From assembly GCA_951406725.2 (NCBI GenBank), contig OX597817.1:34534001-34598000 (forward strand): 64,000 nucleotides of DNA. Reading direction: 5' to 3'. The notes beneath the pieces are model-generated. The model ran no database searches. It worked only from the letters and a program-made list of their open reading frames with translations, and was not told the origin of the DNA. Numbering within the stretch: position 1 is the stretch's first letter; each line of letters opens with the position of its first letter. The translations under genes and the position numbers were made by a program. Of this stretch, positions 1 to 12,598 are shown one piece after another. The DNA is from Octopus vulgaris (lineage: Eukaryota).

Positions 1-139
1 CACCGTTCTAGAGTTTACTTGGTAGAATGTGTTTTACCAAGAGATTGGCTGTTTTTAGCGCATTCACAAATATTATGTTGGGCTTTGCGTTGATTGGCTG
101 TATGCAAACGAGTTCATTACTGGGGTCCGAAACTCTCGT

Positions 140-198
140 GGGAAAAGCATTTTGCGCCCCGGGCGGACCGCCCCTACTGCCCCCTAGCAACGCTAGTG
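140..198 (-). mobile_element. Probable terminus of a hAT-like DNA transposon or MITE
   Basis: Minus strand reads CACTAGCGTTGCTAGGGGGCAGTAGGGGCGGTCCGCCCGGGGCGCAAAA, resembling the G-rich CAGTGGCGTAGCTAGGGG-type ends of hAT elements; the partner end is not in the window. Confidence 0.35.
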
Positions 199-329
199 TC
201 TGGAGCAGACCAACTTTAATTCGTTGTTATTAAGGAAATGAAATGTACATTATAACAACAAAAAATGGTTTACATGAAAATTCAGTAGTTGAATTTTTTG
301 CCGTTTTGTATACCAGATAAGGCTACTTT

Positions 330-768
330 GGGGTGCCGCTTTCTCTATTGCGACGTACGGCTGCGAGTCGTGGACAATGTTGAAGGCAGACAAGAAAAGA
401 GTGAGCGCTTTTGAAATGTGGTATTACCGCAGAATCCTTTGAGTGTCGTGGACGGAGAGAAGGACGAACAACTAGGTACTAGAAAAGCTCGGTTGCGAGA
501 TGACGCTTCGGCGAAACATAACGAAGCGGAAGCTACGGTTCTTTGGCCACGTCATGCGACGGGATGGACTTAAGCGAACGGTCATAACTGGCAAGGTGAA
601 CGGCAGACGTAAAAGAGGCAGACCACCCACTTCTTGGCTGAAAGACATCACAGCCACAGGATTGTCTTTATTCTCAGCTGTCCATGGGGTAGAGGACAGG
701 AGAAGGTGGCAAGACATCGTGATGACCACAGCATCGCATAGTGCGGCACCTGACTAGGATGATGAGGA
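330..768 (+). mobile_element. 5'-truncated RTE-clade LINE, 3' end (decayed ORF C-terminus)
   Basis: Translates as ...ATYGCESWTMLKADKKRVSAFEMWYYRRIL*VSWTERRTNN*VL...KLRFFGHVMRRDGLKRTVITGKVNGRRKRGRPPTSW..., typical of the region after the RT domain in RTE elements; two in-frame stops; short gatgatga tail. Confidence 0.9.
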
Positions 769-1299
769 TCCCGTTAAACGAACACAGCCTTTGTCATCAA
801 GTTTTAATAGCACAGTTGGATCAATCAATTAATCTGACAATAGGTCTTTGTTACTAAATGTTCTGACCTATGCTTATAAAGTAACATTGCACCAATTTTC
901 TTACTTCATTCGGCAAACATCACCCTAGGTACGCCCATCTTCATCTTCACCCTGACACTATTGTTTGCGTTGAGTTGTAAAACATCATGTCAGTAGGTGC
1001 AGCTTCACTTGTACATTCTTTGTCTTTTGTTTTTCTTATTATGTTTCTTTATTAATGATGGCCTTGTTGTTGTTGTTGGTGGTGGTGTTCTTGTTGTTGT
1101 TATTGGTAGCGTTAGTTCTGGTGATTGGAAGGTGTGCAAGATAATGGGAGAATAATAAGAAGGAAGTTAATGAAGAAAAGCTGTAGATTGAAAACTAAAA
1201 GACTGATCTAAAACCTAAATACTAATAAGGCTCTACAGGTAATATGTCATTATTCATGACGAATATTATTATGAAATACCTGAAGCCTGATAAATGAAT

Positions 1300-1497
1300 T
1301 GTTAGAGCGTCGGTTGAAATGTCTTGCATTTTTTCCGGCTCTTTACGTTCTGATTTCTGTTCCCGCCGAGGTCAGCTTTGCTTTTCAACCTATCGGAGTT
1401 GATAAAATAAAGTACCCGTTAAGTACTGCGGTTGATGTAATCGACTTGCCCCTCCCCTCAAAATGAATAGCCTTGTGCCAAAATTAGAAGGAATCAT
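1300..1497 (+). mobile_element. SINE family B, old diverged monomer
   Basis: Degenerate match to the ...ccgccgaggtcgactttgcctttcatcctttcggggtcgataaa... core and the ...gccttgtgcc... tail seen in other copies. Confidence 0.75.
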
Positions 1498-2467
1498 TAT
1501 GAAATACTTTATTTACATCCCTGTCTGTAGAGAGAGAGAAAACTTTTAATTAGTATTTACCTAATTAAGATACTTCTTTTTCTATTTTATTTTAAAACAA
1601 AAGAAAACAATAAAACACCGAAACGTTTAATGCCATTTTGCTTGACCGAATCGAAATTCTGACACTAAAACAAGTTGCTTTCCATCTTGTTGAAATTCAT
1701 CTTTTCTACTACAAACAAGACATTTGCAATCTCAGTGAATCTCTATTAGAAGTGACAGCTGAAATAATGCCACTTTCATATATTGTTTGTCTTCATGAAA
1801 ATAGTCAAGTTTGCTTTAACAGTGCTAGCGCGACAACCATCTTGTTTTCATTTATGTGTGATATATCAGTCAACGAGAAAACAAAGATACGAAACGAAGA
1901 ACTGAAACGGTTAACATCAATCGTACTTTACTAGCAATTATTATGTCTTCCTTCAAACGCATTAACTATCGTACGAAATAACCTACAAAGCGAAGTTCAT
2001 GAGTTTGGGTAAGTTCACATGCTGTATATAGTTTTCGGTGACAGCACAGAGTACCACCAGTTCCTTGGATACTATTTTCTCTCCCACCTCCTTTTTTTTT
2101 CCTTCGTGAAATAATCTTTGCTTGGTACAATGCCATTACGTCATGTTCTGAGGTTAAACAGTAGAATCGACTTAAGCAATTAACCGACAAACATGATACA
2201 CGAACGTAGATAGTTAAGTGATTGGTGTAGTGGTTAACTAATTACTTGTCTGGTACGAATTAAGTTAGAGTTATGAAGATGTTTATGGTAGTGGCAGTGG
2301 TAATGCTGGTGGTACTACTGGCTGTGGTGATGTTAGTTTTGGTGTTGGGAAACGTGTAAGATGATGGTAGAATAAATAAGAAGGACGTTAATGATGAGAA
2401 TAGTCCATAATAAATAAGAAATAAGAAACTTGGAAAAAATACAAACTAACTTTAATGATTATAATAT

Positions 2468-2843
2468 TACTCTTTTACTTGTTTCAGTCATTTGACTGCG
2501 GCCATGCTGGAGCACCGCCTTTAGTCGAGCAAATCGACCCCAGGACTTATTCTTTGTAAGCCTAGTACTTATTCTATCGGTCTCTTTTGCCGAACCGCTA
2601 AGTTACGGGGACGTAAACACACCAGCATCGATTGTTAAGCGATGTTGGTGGGGGGACAAACACAGACACACAAACACAGACGCACATATATATATACATA
2701 TACAAATATACAACGGGCTTCTTTCAGTTTCCGTCTACCAAATCCACTCACAAGGATTTGGTCGGCCCGAGGCTATAGTAGAAGACACTTGCCTAAGGTG
2801 CCACGCAGTGGGACTGAACCCGGAACCATGTGGTTGGTAAGCA
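2468..2843 (-). mobile_element. SINE family A (tRNA-derived, CORE-like segment, internal TA/TG tract)
   Basis: Near-identical to about 9 other copies in the window; B-box GGTTCAGTCCC, ccttgggcaagtgtctt segment, tail ...gactgaaacaagtaaaagag. Confidence 0.9.
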
Positions 2844-3249
2844 CAGCCTCAAGATTCGAAATATCGAATTACTCAAGATTCGAAATATCCAAATATACAT
2901 ATTTGTCAAGAGTTCGAGAACTGGATCAAATATTGGTCTTTCGATTGACATGAGTTCATGCAACCCCTAATTCTGTTATGTATGAAATACTGCAATGGGA
3001 GTTCTGGACTAACAGGAAATTGATGTGTTTTAATGGCTTAGAACAATCGGGATCGAAACCTCACAGAACAGAATAAATTATGTCTAGCATAGGCACATGG
3101 CAATAAATTTTGTTAGTTGGAACATTCAATTAAATCTATTCCAAAATATGACTAGTATCTATTTTAATTTTATCAACCCCGGAAAGAGTGAAAAGCGTCG
3201 GTGGCATTTAAATTCAAAACAAAAAGGGACGTAACTAAACACTGCTAGG

Positions 3250-3272
3250 TCGTCATCATCATCACCACCACC

Positions 3273-3305
<33 letters not shown>

Positions 3306-3361
3306 GTCATCGTCGTCGTCGTCATCGTCATCGTCATCATCATTATTATTATTATTATTTC

Positions 3362-3416
<55 letters not shown>
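3250..3416. repeat. Compound trinucleotide microsatellite (CAT/CAC/CGT)n-(TTA)n
   Basis: Read directly from the sequence. Confidence 0.95.
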
Positions 3417-3419
<3 letters not shown>

Positions 3420-3822
3420 TAGTTTTTATATGTTTTATAGCGTGCTTTCACTTCACTACCGAGCGCAGCTCTGTGTGCCTTGGGTATGTGCTGTGATTTG
3501 TTGTGATGCTCTGATGGTTACTGTATGGAAAGTGTTCTGCGTAGGATGTGTGCAGTGCCTAGTAGTGCAATTTTCTGTATGTTATATGTGTTTGTAAGTC
3601 CTGGTGTTTTTGTTATGTATCTGTCTGAATATTTTTTTATCATGCCTAATGCACCTACTATAGTAGGAATTGTTTCTGTTTTTAGATTCCACATTCTGGT
3701 TACCTCTATTTCCAGGTCTTTGTATTTTGAGAGTTTCTCCATTTCTTTTAGAGACACGTTGTCATCAGCCGGTATTGATACATCAATTGCTTTTGTTATG
3801 TAATTGTCTGAATATTTTTTTA
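3417..3822 (-). mobile_element. Dong/R4-clade non-LTR retrotransposon, 3' end (restriction-like endonuclease C-terminus plus 3' UTR), inserted in (TAA)n
   Basis: ORF reads AIDVSIPADDNVSLKEMEKLSKYKDLEIEVTRMWNLKTETIPTIVGALG...IQKIALLGTAHILRRTLS*; flanked on both sides by (TTA)n, the known target of Dong elements. Confidence 0.9.
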
Positions 3823-3859
<37 letters not shown>

Positions 3860-3872
3860 CATTATCATCATC

Positions 3873-3962
<90 letters not shown>
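3823..3962. repeat. (TTA)n/(TCA)n microsatellite
   Basis: Read directly from the sequence. Confidence 0.95.
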
Positions 3963-4062
3963 TTGCCAGCCGTTATCATAACGATTCAAACCACTTACCT
4001 ATATTTAACAACGGAATAAATGAATAACTCAAAGATGGCTAAAATATATAACAACAAAGTTC

Positions 4063-4229
4063 CAGGAGTGGCTGTGTGGTAAGTAGCTTGCTAACCAACC
4101 ACATGGTTCCGGGTTCAGTCCCACTGCGTGGCATTTTGGGCAAGTGTCTTCTGCTATAGCCCAGGGCCGACCAATGCCTTGTGAGTGGATTTGGTAGATG
4201 GAAACTGAAAGAAGCCTGTCGTATATATG

Positions 4230-4262
<33 letters not shown>

Positions 4263-4481
4263 TTGTATGTCTGTGTTTGTCCCCCTAGCATTATTTGACA
4301 ACCGATGCTGGTGTGTTTACGTCCCCGTTACTTAGCGGTTCGGCAAATAGAGACCGATAGAATAAATACTGGGCTTACAAAGAATAAGTCCCGGGGTCGA
4401 TTTGCTCGACTAAAGGCGGTGCTTCAGCATGGCCGCAGTCAAATGATTGAAACAAGTAAAAGAATAAAAAAAGAAAAGAAC
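4063..4481 (+). mobile_element. SINE family A
   Basis: caggagtggctgtgtggtaag head through to the gaaacaagtaaaagaat tail. Confidence 0.9.
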
Positions 4482-4838
4482 AATTCATGAGTTCATATAC
4501 GATTTTCCAAAATTTAGAATAACAAATGAGGAAAATTAAACAAACCATTAGCTAATGCCACTTACCTCAGCTTAGTTCTCTTGAGATTACGTCTACGAAC
4601 TGAAAACACTTGAAATTAAATCTTTATAAGGGTTTGTAATACACCCAGCCCGCTAGTTACATTGCTTTTGATTGGTTAAGCTTCTAAGAGTTGACACCAA
4701 TCAACTGAAATGCGTTGAAATCTAAGTATCCGCATATGTATATATATAAGTAGATAATAACTAGATTTGTTTTAAAGAAAAATATTTTTCTTTATAATGA
4801 ATAAAGATCAATCAATATCAGTTATCATTTAAAGTTGG

Positions 4839-4873
<35 letters not shown>

Positions 4874-5149
4874 ATGAATGAATAAATATTTAGCTCGTGA
4901 CAAAGTTGATATGATGGAAAACGACGGAGAAAAGAGTAAGAGGATGAGGAGGCGGACATCAGGAGTGGGACAGCGAAAGATAAATATAAGGGAAATGTAT
5001 AAGTGTGTCTTGTTCTGAAGAAAAAAAGTGATGTGGTACGAGAGAGAGAGAGAGAGGGGGGTGGGAGAAAGAGAGAGAGAGAGAGAGTATTTCTTTATTC
5101 ACCATAAAGTTGAGAAAAAGAGGGGACAAAACAAACGTTGGGGTCAGGG

Positions 5150-5542
<393 letters not shown>

Positions 5543-5875
5543 ATTCTGCTATGTGCACCCAGCTTACGCTTTGTAAAAACAACTTTTATTTACATAACAT
5601 TTCTAAAGCTGGAAAATAAATTACTATCATGAAAAAAAAAAAAAAAAAAATAATAAATGATGACTAAACTTTGTTTTAACGACGCGATTTAAGTTTTCCT
5701 AAAATTATATAACTGAATATTACATCACGTTATACGACATTTGATATCGGTTAACTAAAAGTGTGGCAGAATTGGTTAACGCTCTTTATTTTTACAGTAT
5801 TTATTTTCGCTCTAAATGAGTTTGAGTTCAAATTTCGCCAGTAACTGCATTGCATTTCAAACCCCCGGGGAGGTC

Positions 5876-6476
5876 ACGGCGAGCTGGCAGAACAGTTAGC
5901 CCGCTGGGCGAAATGCTTAGCGGTATTTCGTCTGCCGTTATGTTCTGAGTTCAAATTCCGTCGAGGTCGACTTTGCTTTTCATCCTTTTTGGGTCGATAA
6001 ATTAAGTACCAGTTACGCGCACTGGGGTCGATATAATCGACTTTATCCCTTTGTCTGTCCTTGTTTGTCCACTCTATGGTTAGCCCCTTGTGGGTAGTAA
6101 AGAAATAGGTATTTCGTCTGCCGTTATGTTCTGAGTTCAAATTCCCCCGAGGTTGACTTTGCCTTTCATCCTTTCGGGGTCGATTAAATAAGTACCAGTT
6201 ACGCACTGGGGTCGATGTAATCGACTTAATCCGTCTGTCTGTCCTTGTTTGTCCTCTCTGTGTTTAGCCCCTTGTGGGTAGTAAAGAAATAGGTATTTCG
6301 TCTGCCGTTACGTTCTGAGTTCAAATTCCTCCGAGGTTGACTTTGCCTTTCATCCTTTCGGGGTCGATTAAATAAGTACCAGTTACGCACTGGGGTCGAT
6401 GTAATCGACTTAATCCCTTTGTCTGTCCTTGTTTGTCCTCTCTATGTTTAGCCCCTTGTAGGCAATAAAGAAATAA
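5876..6476 (+). mobile_element. SINE family B, head-to-tail trimer
   Basis: One tRNA-like head (ggcgagctggcagaa..gttag) followed by three ~184-bp units, with junctions gaaata|ggtatttcg at 6108 and 6292. Confidence 0.9.
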
Positions 6477-6927
6477 AGAAATAAGATAAAATGCAGCTCA
6501 TACACTGAACTGAGTCAATAGTATCAGCTTAAACAAACTTATCAAGACAAACACATTCGGTTGTGATGCATTCTTCAAATTTTATCACAATATAGAGAGT
6601 ACTGCACTCGATTTTTGTTCACTGCTTTATATCGCTGATCTGGATAAATATTATACTTTTAAGCCTCTAGAGGAATATCTACAAACCAAGATTCAGCTTT
6701 TTGTTGAGATTTGGCTTTATATAAAATCCTACTTAAATGACCAACCCACTTCAATATCTTATGCAAATTACATAACACTGAATGTAAGATATATAAACAA
6801 TTCGTATTACTTAATTCAGTCATACCAAGTTGTACTACCAGTTGATTAGAGAGCTTGTTGGTATCGTTTTGTCTCGACGCCAGCTTTTAAAATTGTTTTG
6901 TTTTGCCTTCTAAGTTATAATGAAATA

Positions 6928-7313
6928 GTGGAGGCGCAATGGCCCAGTGGTTAGGGCAGCGGACTCGCGGTCATAGGATCGCGGTTTCGATTCCCAGACC
7001 GGGCTTTGTGAGTGTTTATTGAGCGAAAACACCTAAAAGCTCCACGAGGCTCCGGCAGGGGATGGTGGTGATCCCTGCTGTACTCTTTCACCACAACTTT
7101 TTCTCACTCTTACTTCCTGTTTCTGTTGTACATGTATTTCAAGGGGCCGGCCTTGTCACTCTCTGTGTCACGCTGAATATCCCCGATAACTACGTTAAGG
7201 GTGCACGTGTCTGTGGAGTGCTCAGCCACTTACACGTTAATTTCACGAGCAGGCTGTTCCGTTGATTCGGATCAACCGGAACCCCCATCGTCGTAACCGA
7301 CGGAGTGCTTCCC
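6928..7313 (+). mobile_element. tRNA-derived SINE (head C + tail 1), full length with TSD
   Basis: A box TGGCCCAGTGG and B box GTTTCGATTCC; 11-bp TSD ataatgaaata at 6917-6927 and 7314-7324. Confidence 0.92.
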
Positions 7314-7889
7314 ATAATGAAATACATCGACAGCAGCCCTTATTTTATTGATAACGACCTCAGAACGATGAAATGTAAAGTGAGCTTAGGCGCGGTTTCT
7401 ACTCAGAATGCAAACAGACATAAGGAAATACCAAAAATATTTTGTCCGATACTCTACCAGTTCTAGTAACCATCCGTTATATTTCTCAAATATGCTCACT
7501 CTGTCCAATCTTACTACCTTTTTTTTTATCTTACCATATCTTCCCTGGATATGTTCCGTATATAAGGAATAAAATGACTGAATTAATAATGTACAGAGCA
7601 GCTTCCCAACAAATAGGTTGCTATTCTAAAATTTACTGGACATTATTTTTACTATCATCTGTAAATGATATTTCTTGGAGAGATGAAAAAAAAAAAACAA
7701 AGTCGAAATCCTGCACGATTTGAACTCAAAACAATGAATTATTAGATGCAGAAACAATTCACAGAAACGTACTATGTCCATCTATTCATCCATCCATCCA
7801 ATCACACATACATACATACATACATACATACATACATACATACATACATACATACATACATACATACATACATACATACATACATACAT

Positions 7890-8050
7890 ACTATATATGC
7901 ATGTATATATACATGTAGATGTAGGTACGTACATATATGTTTGTATGTATGCATATATTTTTATTTATTACATTATTGTCTGACAGCGCCTCGTGTCAGG
8001 TTCGTTTCGATTTATCGGTTCGTTCCACTTCTTGTCTCCATTTAATTTTT
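7890..8050 (+). mobile_element. Fragment of the microsatellite-associated element family also seen at 35.7 and 59.4 kb
   Basis: tatatgcatgtatatatacatgtagatgtaggtacgtacatatatg... is the reverse complement of 35700-35772. Confidence 0.7.
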
Positions 8051-8516
8051 ATATACATACATACATGTATCTATTTATTATTTTAAATTATTTTGAAGTG
8101 AGTGTTCAGTTGTTTGCTACGTCAGCTTCCATACAGATTCTTTCTTTTCCTTCCTAACATTTCCGTTGATAGCACGTGTCATGTTCTTCGAGGATGATTC
8201 TCACTGAATATATACTTGTTTACGACCAAATCGATAATATCACATTCTCTTCCGTCGCTACTTTCAGGCAAAGAGCAAATATCCGAAAAGTCAGATCATT
8301 CACTACTCTCATCAAATGAATTGATCAAACTCTTCTATTAATTCTCTGGATTAATTGTTACTGATAGAGGCCAGAACCACTTTCTTCGGATTCCTCATTT
8401 TATCCTATCTGTTTAAATTCTTTTGGAGCATTCACAACTGTTTGGCACATTATGCAAAGCCTTTATGATGTTCCATAGGAATAGTCTGAACTTTCTATGC
8501 TGAAGGCAATTTGAAG

Positions 8517-9005
8517 TATCGTTTATCGCGGTAGATTGGTTCCGAGACCGGTCGCGATAACTGAATTTCCGCGAAGTAGGGACACCATATTTACAGTGTT
8601 TATTTAACGTGTATTTGGACTTTTAAAACCCTCCCTGTACTGTCAACAACCCACCCATTACAGTAGTCTATTAGTAACAAGGACAACTGTTAAGCAATAA
8701 CACTTTAGATTTAAAAAAATAAAGATTGTTACTGTTACACAGGCCAGATTACAAAATAGAAAGCTGTGATTCGTCGTCTCTCTCCATTGCACCAATCACA
8801 GCCCGTCTTAAGTTCAAATACCTCTGTATATGCATTTTTGTTATTTTACGCTTGTTTTGTTGTTCCTAGACTAGGAAATAATATTTATTATTAATATTTT
8901 AATGGATTTAATGAAAAATTTTAGGCGTTCATATGTATATATTTTTAAAATTCGCGAAGTCGTGAGTCCGCGATAATTGAACCGCGAAGTAGCGAGGGAT
9001 CACTG
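8517..9005. mobile_element. Tigger/pogo-like MITE
   Basis: Right end ...ccgcgaagtagcgagggatcactg|TA; subterminal cgcgataa/cgcgaagt motifs at both ends; left TIR eroded. Confidence 0.7.
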
Positions 9006-10174
9006 TATTTCTATCATCATTCTAATGTATTCAGATAGATCTCTCACTTCTACAAAATATCATCAAGACTGTTTCTTTGTCGCTCAGTACGTCTAGTTTG
9101 AATGTTGACTGGGTTTCCACTCACTGTCTAAGGTTTTTGTTTTATTGTACAGAAAAGACGAAACCCGAAGTTGACACTAACTGGATTTGATATTGTGAGA
9201 ATGAATCACTACTCTAGTTGCAATAGATAATTCGTACCCTGTTTGAACGTCCTGCTGTCTCACAACTCAAAACCATTCCCTCAAGGGAAAAGAAGGTACA
9301 GGTTTACTGTCAATATTTGTTTATCGCCTGATTCATAAGAGTAAAAATTTCATTCTGTCTTATTTGTTCGTGGGAAAAGATCACTGTCTTATATAGAATT
9401 GTGTCAGCGAGTGAAGTCAACGTAAATGGTTCAAGAATGTCTCTTACCATGCCTACCTCATAAGCATATCATCCCAAATAAGCAGTGATATCATCGACAT
9501 CATTTTAGTGTTTATACTTTAGAAAATATTTGTCTTAGTAATTTGTTAATTCTCGGTCGCTTTCTAACTCAAACGCAAAAACCTACATCCTGTTTGATTA
9601 TATGATCTTGATTTTTGTTTTAATTCGGATTTTGACCCAATGTGTTACAGAACTCTTCACTTTTATCATACAGTCTCAAACAAAAGCAAAATTGTTTTTA
9701 TCATCAAATATAAGCACGATCCATCTAACTGACAGAGAAAAATATAGAATTCAAATTATTGAAATAATCTGATTAAAAAAGAATGATCTGATTATAAGAT
9801 ATTATCCGATTCCTTCATTTTAAAGAGAGAAGAACTCGTATTGAAGCTAACCATTGCTGGAGATTTATTATCTATTTCTCAAAGCTAAGTGGATTGAAGC
9901 ACGAACTACAGTCATTTTAGCACAAGAACTCCGGTTCTGACAACGCCGCCCTCGTGTTTTGCATTGAAACAAAATTTTGAGTGTTATCCTTGCACTATCA
10001 CGACTGATACTGGGCCCTTAATCACCTCTTTAAGATTGGTTCTCCTTTATTACATAACGCTATCGGTTCTGATTTAATCGTTGTGTTCAGAGTGCTCCCC
10101 CACCGGCTGTTGACGTTTGTCCTCGACAAGTTCCTTTAGCTTGTTCCCTAAGCTGTATTCTGCGGTCTTTGAAA

Positions 10175-10765
10175 TGTCAGTAATGATGCATTTGTAGAAA
10201 AAACAAATCGTCCTGAAAAAGTATCAACAGCTGCTTTATTTAATTACACTGCTCTGGCGCATTTTCATAGCATTTTGAAAGGCAGGAAAAAGCAGACTTC
10301 TCTTGATATGTTTCTAATGAAACGACCTGTAAGTATGAAAAGGGAAGAAAGTGTGTCCAAAAAGCCAAAATTAAGCGGAGAGAGAAAACGTTAGAAATTG
10401 TTCTTCTGAAGTCTTAATGGAAGGAGGTTCTCCTTCCAAACAACAATAAACCTCCTCCACCCCTCTCCATGGTCTTCCTCGTACACAAATCGTCCCATTT
10501 TTAAAGTAATTCAATTAATAAAACCAGATTACATATTTCTTTTGCATTCTCTTTTATTAGGTTTTTATAACTGTCCGTTTCCTTGTAACTGCACCTTTTC
10601 CGTTTTAAAACGCTTAAAAATGATTTTTGGGTGGTTTTGTAGGGCTGCAACGGATTAATGATGTTTTAATTAATTTCAATGGGGAAAATTGATTTGTAAA
10701 ACGAGTAAAACGTAAAACGAGCTCGGTCATGGAACGAATTAAACCCGTACTGCGAGGTTTCACTG
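10175..10765 (+). mobile_element. Tigger/pogo-like transposon, 3' portion
   Basis: Transposase C-terminal remnant HFHSILKGRKKQTSLDMFL; ends ...gcgaggtttcactg|TA. Confidence 0.7.
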
Positions 10766-10768
10766 TAT

Positions 10769-11184
10769 TACTCTTTACTCTTTTACTCTTACTTGTTTCA
10801 GTCATTTGACTGCGGCCATGCTGGAGCACCGCCTTTAGTCGAGCAAATCGACCCCGGGACTTATTCTTTGTAAGCCCAGTACTTATTCTATCGGTCTCCT
10901 TTGCCGAACCGCTAAGTGACGGGGACGTAAATACTCCAGCATCGGTTGTCAAGCAATGCTAGGGGGACAAACACAGACACACAACACACACACACATACA
11001 TATATATATATACATATATAAGACAGGCTTCTTTCAGTTTCCGTCTACCAAATCCACTCACAAGGCATTGGTCGGCATGGGGCTATAGCAGAAGACACTT
11101 GCCCAAGATGCCACGCAGTGGGACTGAACCCGGAACTATGTGGTTGGTTAGCAAGCTACTTACCACACAGCCACTCCTGCGCCT
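10769..11184 (-). mobile_element. SINE family A
   Basis: Full-length copy matching the family. Confidence 0.9.
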
Positions 11185-11484
11185 ATTACAACTTATTTAG
11201 TCACTGAGCAAAGTTGGCGATTGTAGCAAATTAGCTTACGATTAATTGATTTTATTTTTAGTGATACAAATCAACATCAAGCAGTTTAATTTTAATTTCA
11301 TGACGTTAAGATTAGTCAGTTAATTATATGTAGGAGATACTTGAAAATACATAGTTTAAAATTCTAAGGAAATAGCTTGAGGTTTATACGATCATCTGAC
11401 AATTGATTAATAAAATAACATTTAGGCTTGATTTTTTCTTTTTAGTCGATGCCGAAAAGATTTTTTTTTTGGAAATTTTTTTTT

Positions 11485-11695
11485 TCACTAGTTTCAGCTC
11501 AGAGCTGCGGCCATGCTGATGCACCGCCGTTGTGGTGAAAGAGTACAGCAGGGATCACCACCCCCTGCCGGAGCATCGTGGAGCGTTTAGGTGTTTTCGC
11601 TCAATAAACACTCACAACGCCCGGTCTGGGAATCGAAACCGCGATTCTACGACCGCGAGTTCGCTGCCCTAACCACTGGGCCATTGCACCGCCAC
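11485..11695 (-). mobile_element. Chimeric SINE: head C + family-A-like tail
   Basis: 5' part matches 6928-7097; 3' part ggcggtgcatcagcatggccgcagctctgagctgaaactag resembles the family A tail. Confidence 0.8.
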
Positions 11696-11950
11696 TTGTT
11701 TTTTTGTTTTTTTAAATATCGGCTTTAACAATGATGTTAGTGACAGTAGAATGATACAAAAGTTAAGAATGATTCATAGCTTTCCTTTAGCATTTAATTT
11801 AATGACACAAAGGACTTAAACTCTTATTATTGTCCTTGTCGGTGTTTATTATTATCGGTGCATTGTCTTTAATTAGTTCGTCTTCCATCGGCAATCTGTT
11901 TGCAAATTACACAGTAGCTTATTAGCGTAGTGTTTGTATATATGCAAAGG

Positions 11951-12085
11951 TAGGTACCGTCAATCGAAAAGTTAACTTCGTTAACCGTTAATCTGTTAAC
12001 CAAAAAGTTAACTTCGATAACCGTTAACCAGTTAATTCTTTTAAAATGTAACGGAAGTTATCGATAAACGATTAACGCTAATTTT
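11951..12085 (+). mobile_element. Probable hAT(Ac)-like element end with subterminal GTTAACC repeats
   Basis: Starts TAGGTACCGTCAA, followed by repeated aaaagttaacttcg(t/a)taaccgttaa motifs. Confidence 0.45.
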
Positions 12086-12267
12086 TAGTATAGAAAAAAA
12101 ATCCCCCCAAAATCAGTTTTTGTTCTAAAACCACCTAAAATCCCACCTTTTAAAAGTGCCAGAACTTTAAAATCAGCCCTTTTAAGGGCTTTAGAACTCA
12201 AAAACTATAGTTTTTTTTTCTTTGCTTTAGAGTTAAAGCAAAGAACTTAATTTGAAATTCATCATTA

Positions 12268-12598
12268 AAAAAAAAAAGACTCCGCCGGTTACGACGACGA
12301 GGGTCCCAGCTGATACGATCAACGGAACAGCTTGCTCGTGAAATTAACGTGCAAATGGCTGAGCATTCCACAGACACGTGTACCCTTAACGTAGTTCTCG
12401 GGGATAATCAGCGTGAGACAGAGAGTGACAAGGCTGACCCTTTGAAATACAAGTACAACTCATTTTTGCCAGCTGAATGGACTGGAGCAACGTGAAATAA
12501 AGTGTCTTGCTCAAGGACACAACGCGTCGCCGGGAATCGAACTCACAACCTTACGATCATGAGCCGAATGCCCTAACCACTAAGCCACGCGCCCTCAC
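12268..12598 (-). mobile_element. tRNA-derived SINE (head D + tail 1) with TSD
   Basis: 14-bp TSD gaaattcatcatta at 12254-12267 and 12599-12612; A and B boxes present. Confidence 0.92.

Noticed and set aside
1638-1934. 98-aa ORF
   Set aside because: Non-ATG start, AT-rich and no motif; a length expected by chance
5876-6476. Tandem ~184-bp units as a CRISPR array or ribozyme satellite
   Set aside because: No unique spacers or cas genes, eukaryotic context, and no CUGANGA/GAAA core with stems found on either strand
6928-7005. tRNA gene-like heads (also 12525-12598, 17667, 27500, 42444)
   Set aside because: They are SINE heads continuing into SINE bodies, several with TSDs; cloverleaf incomplete
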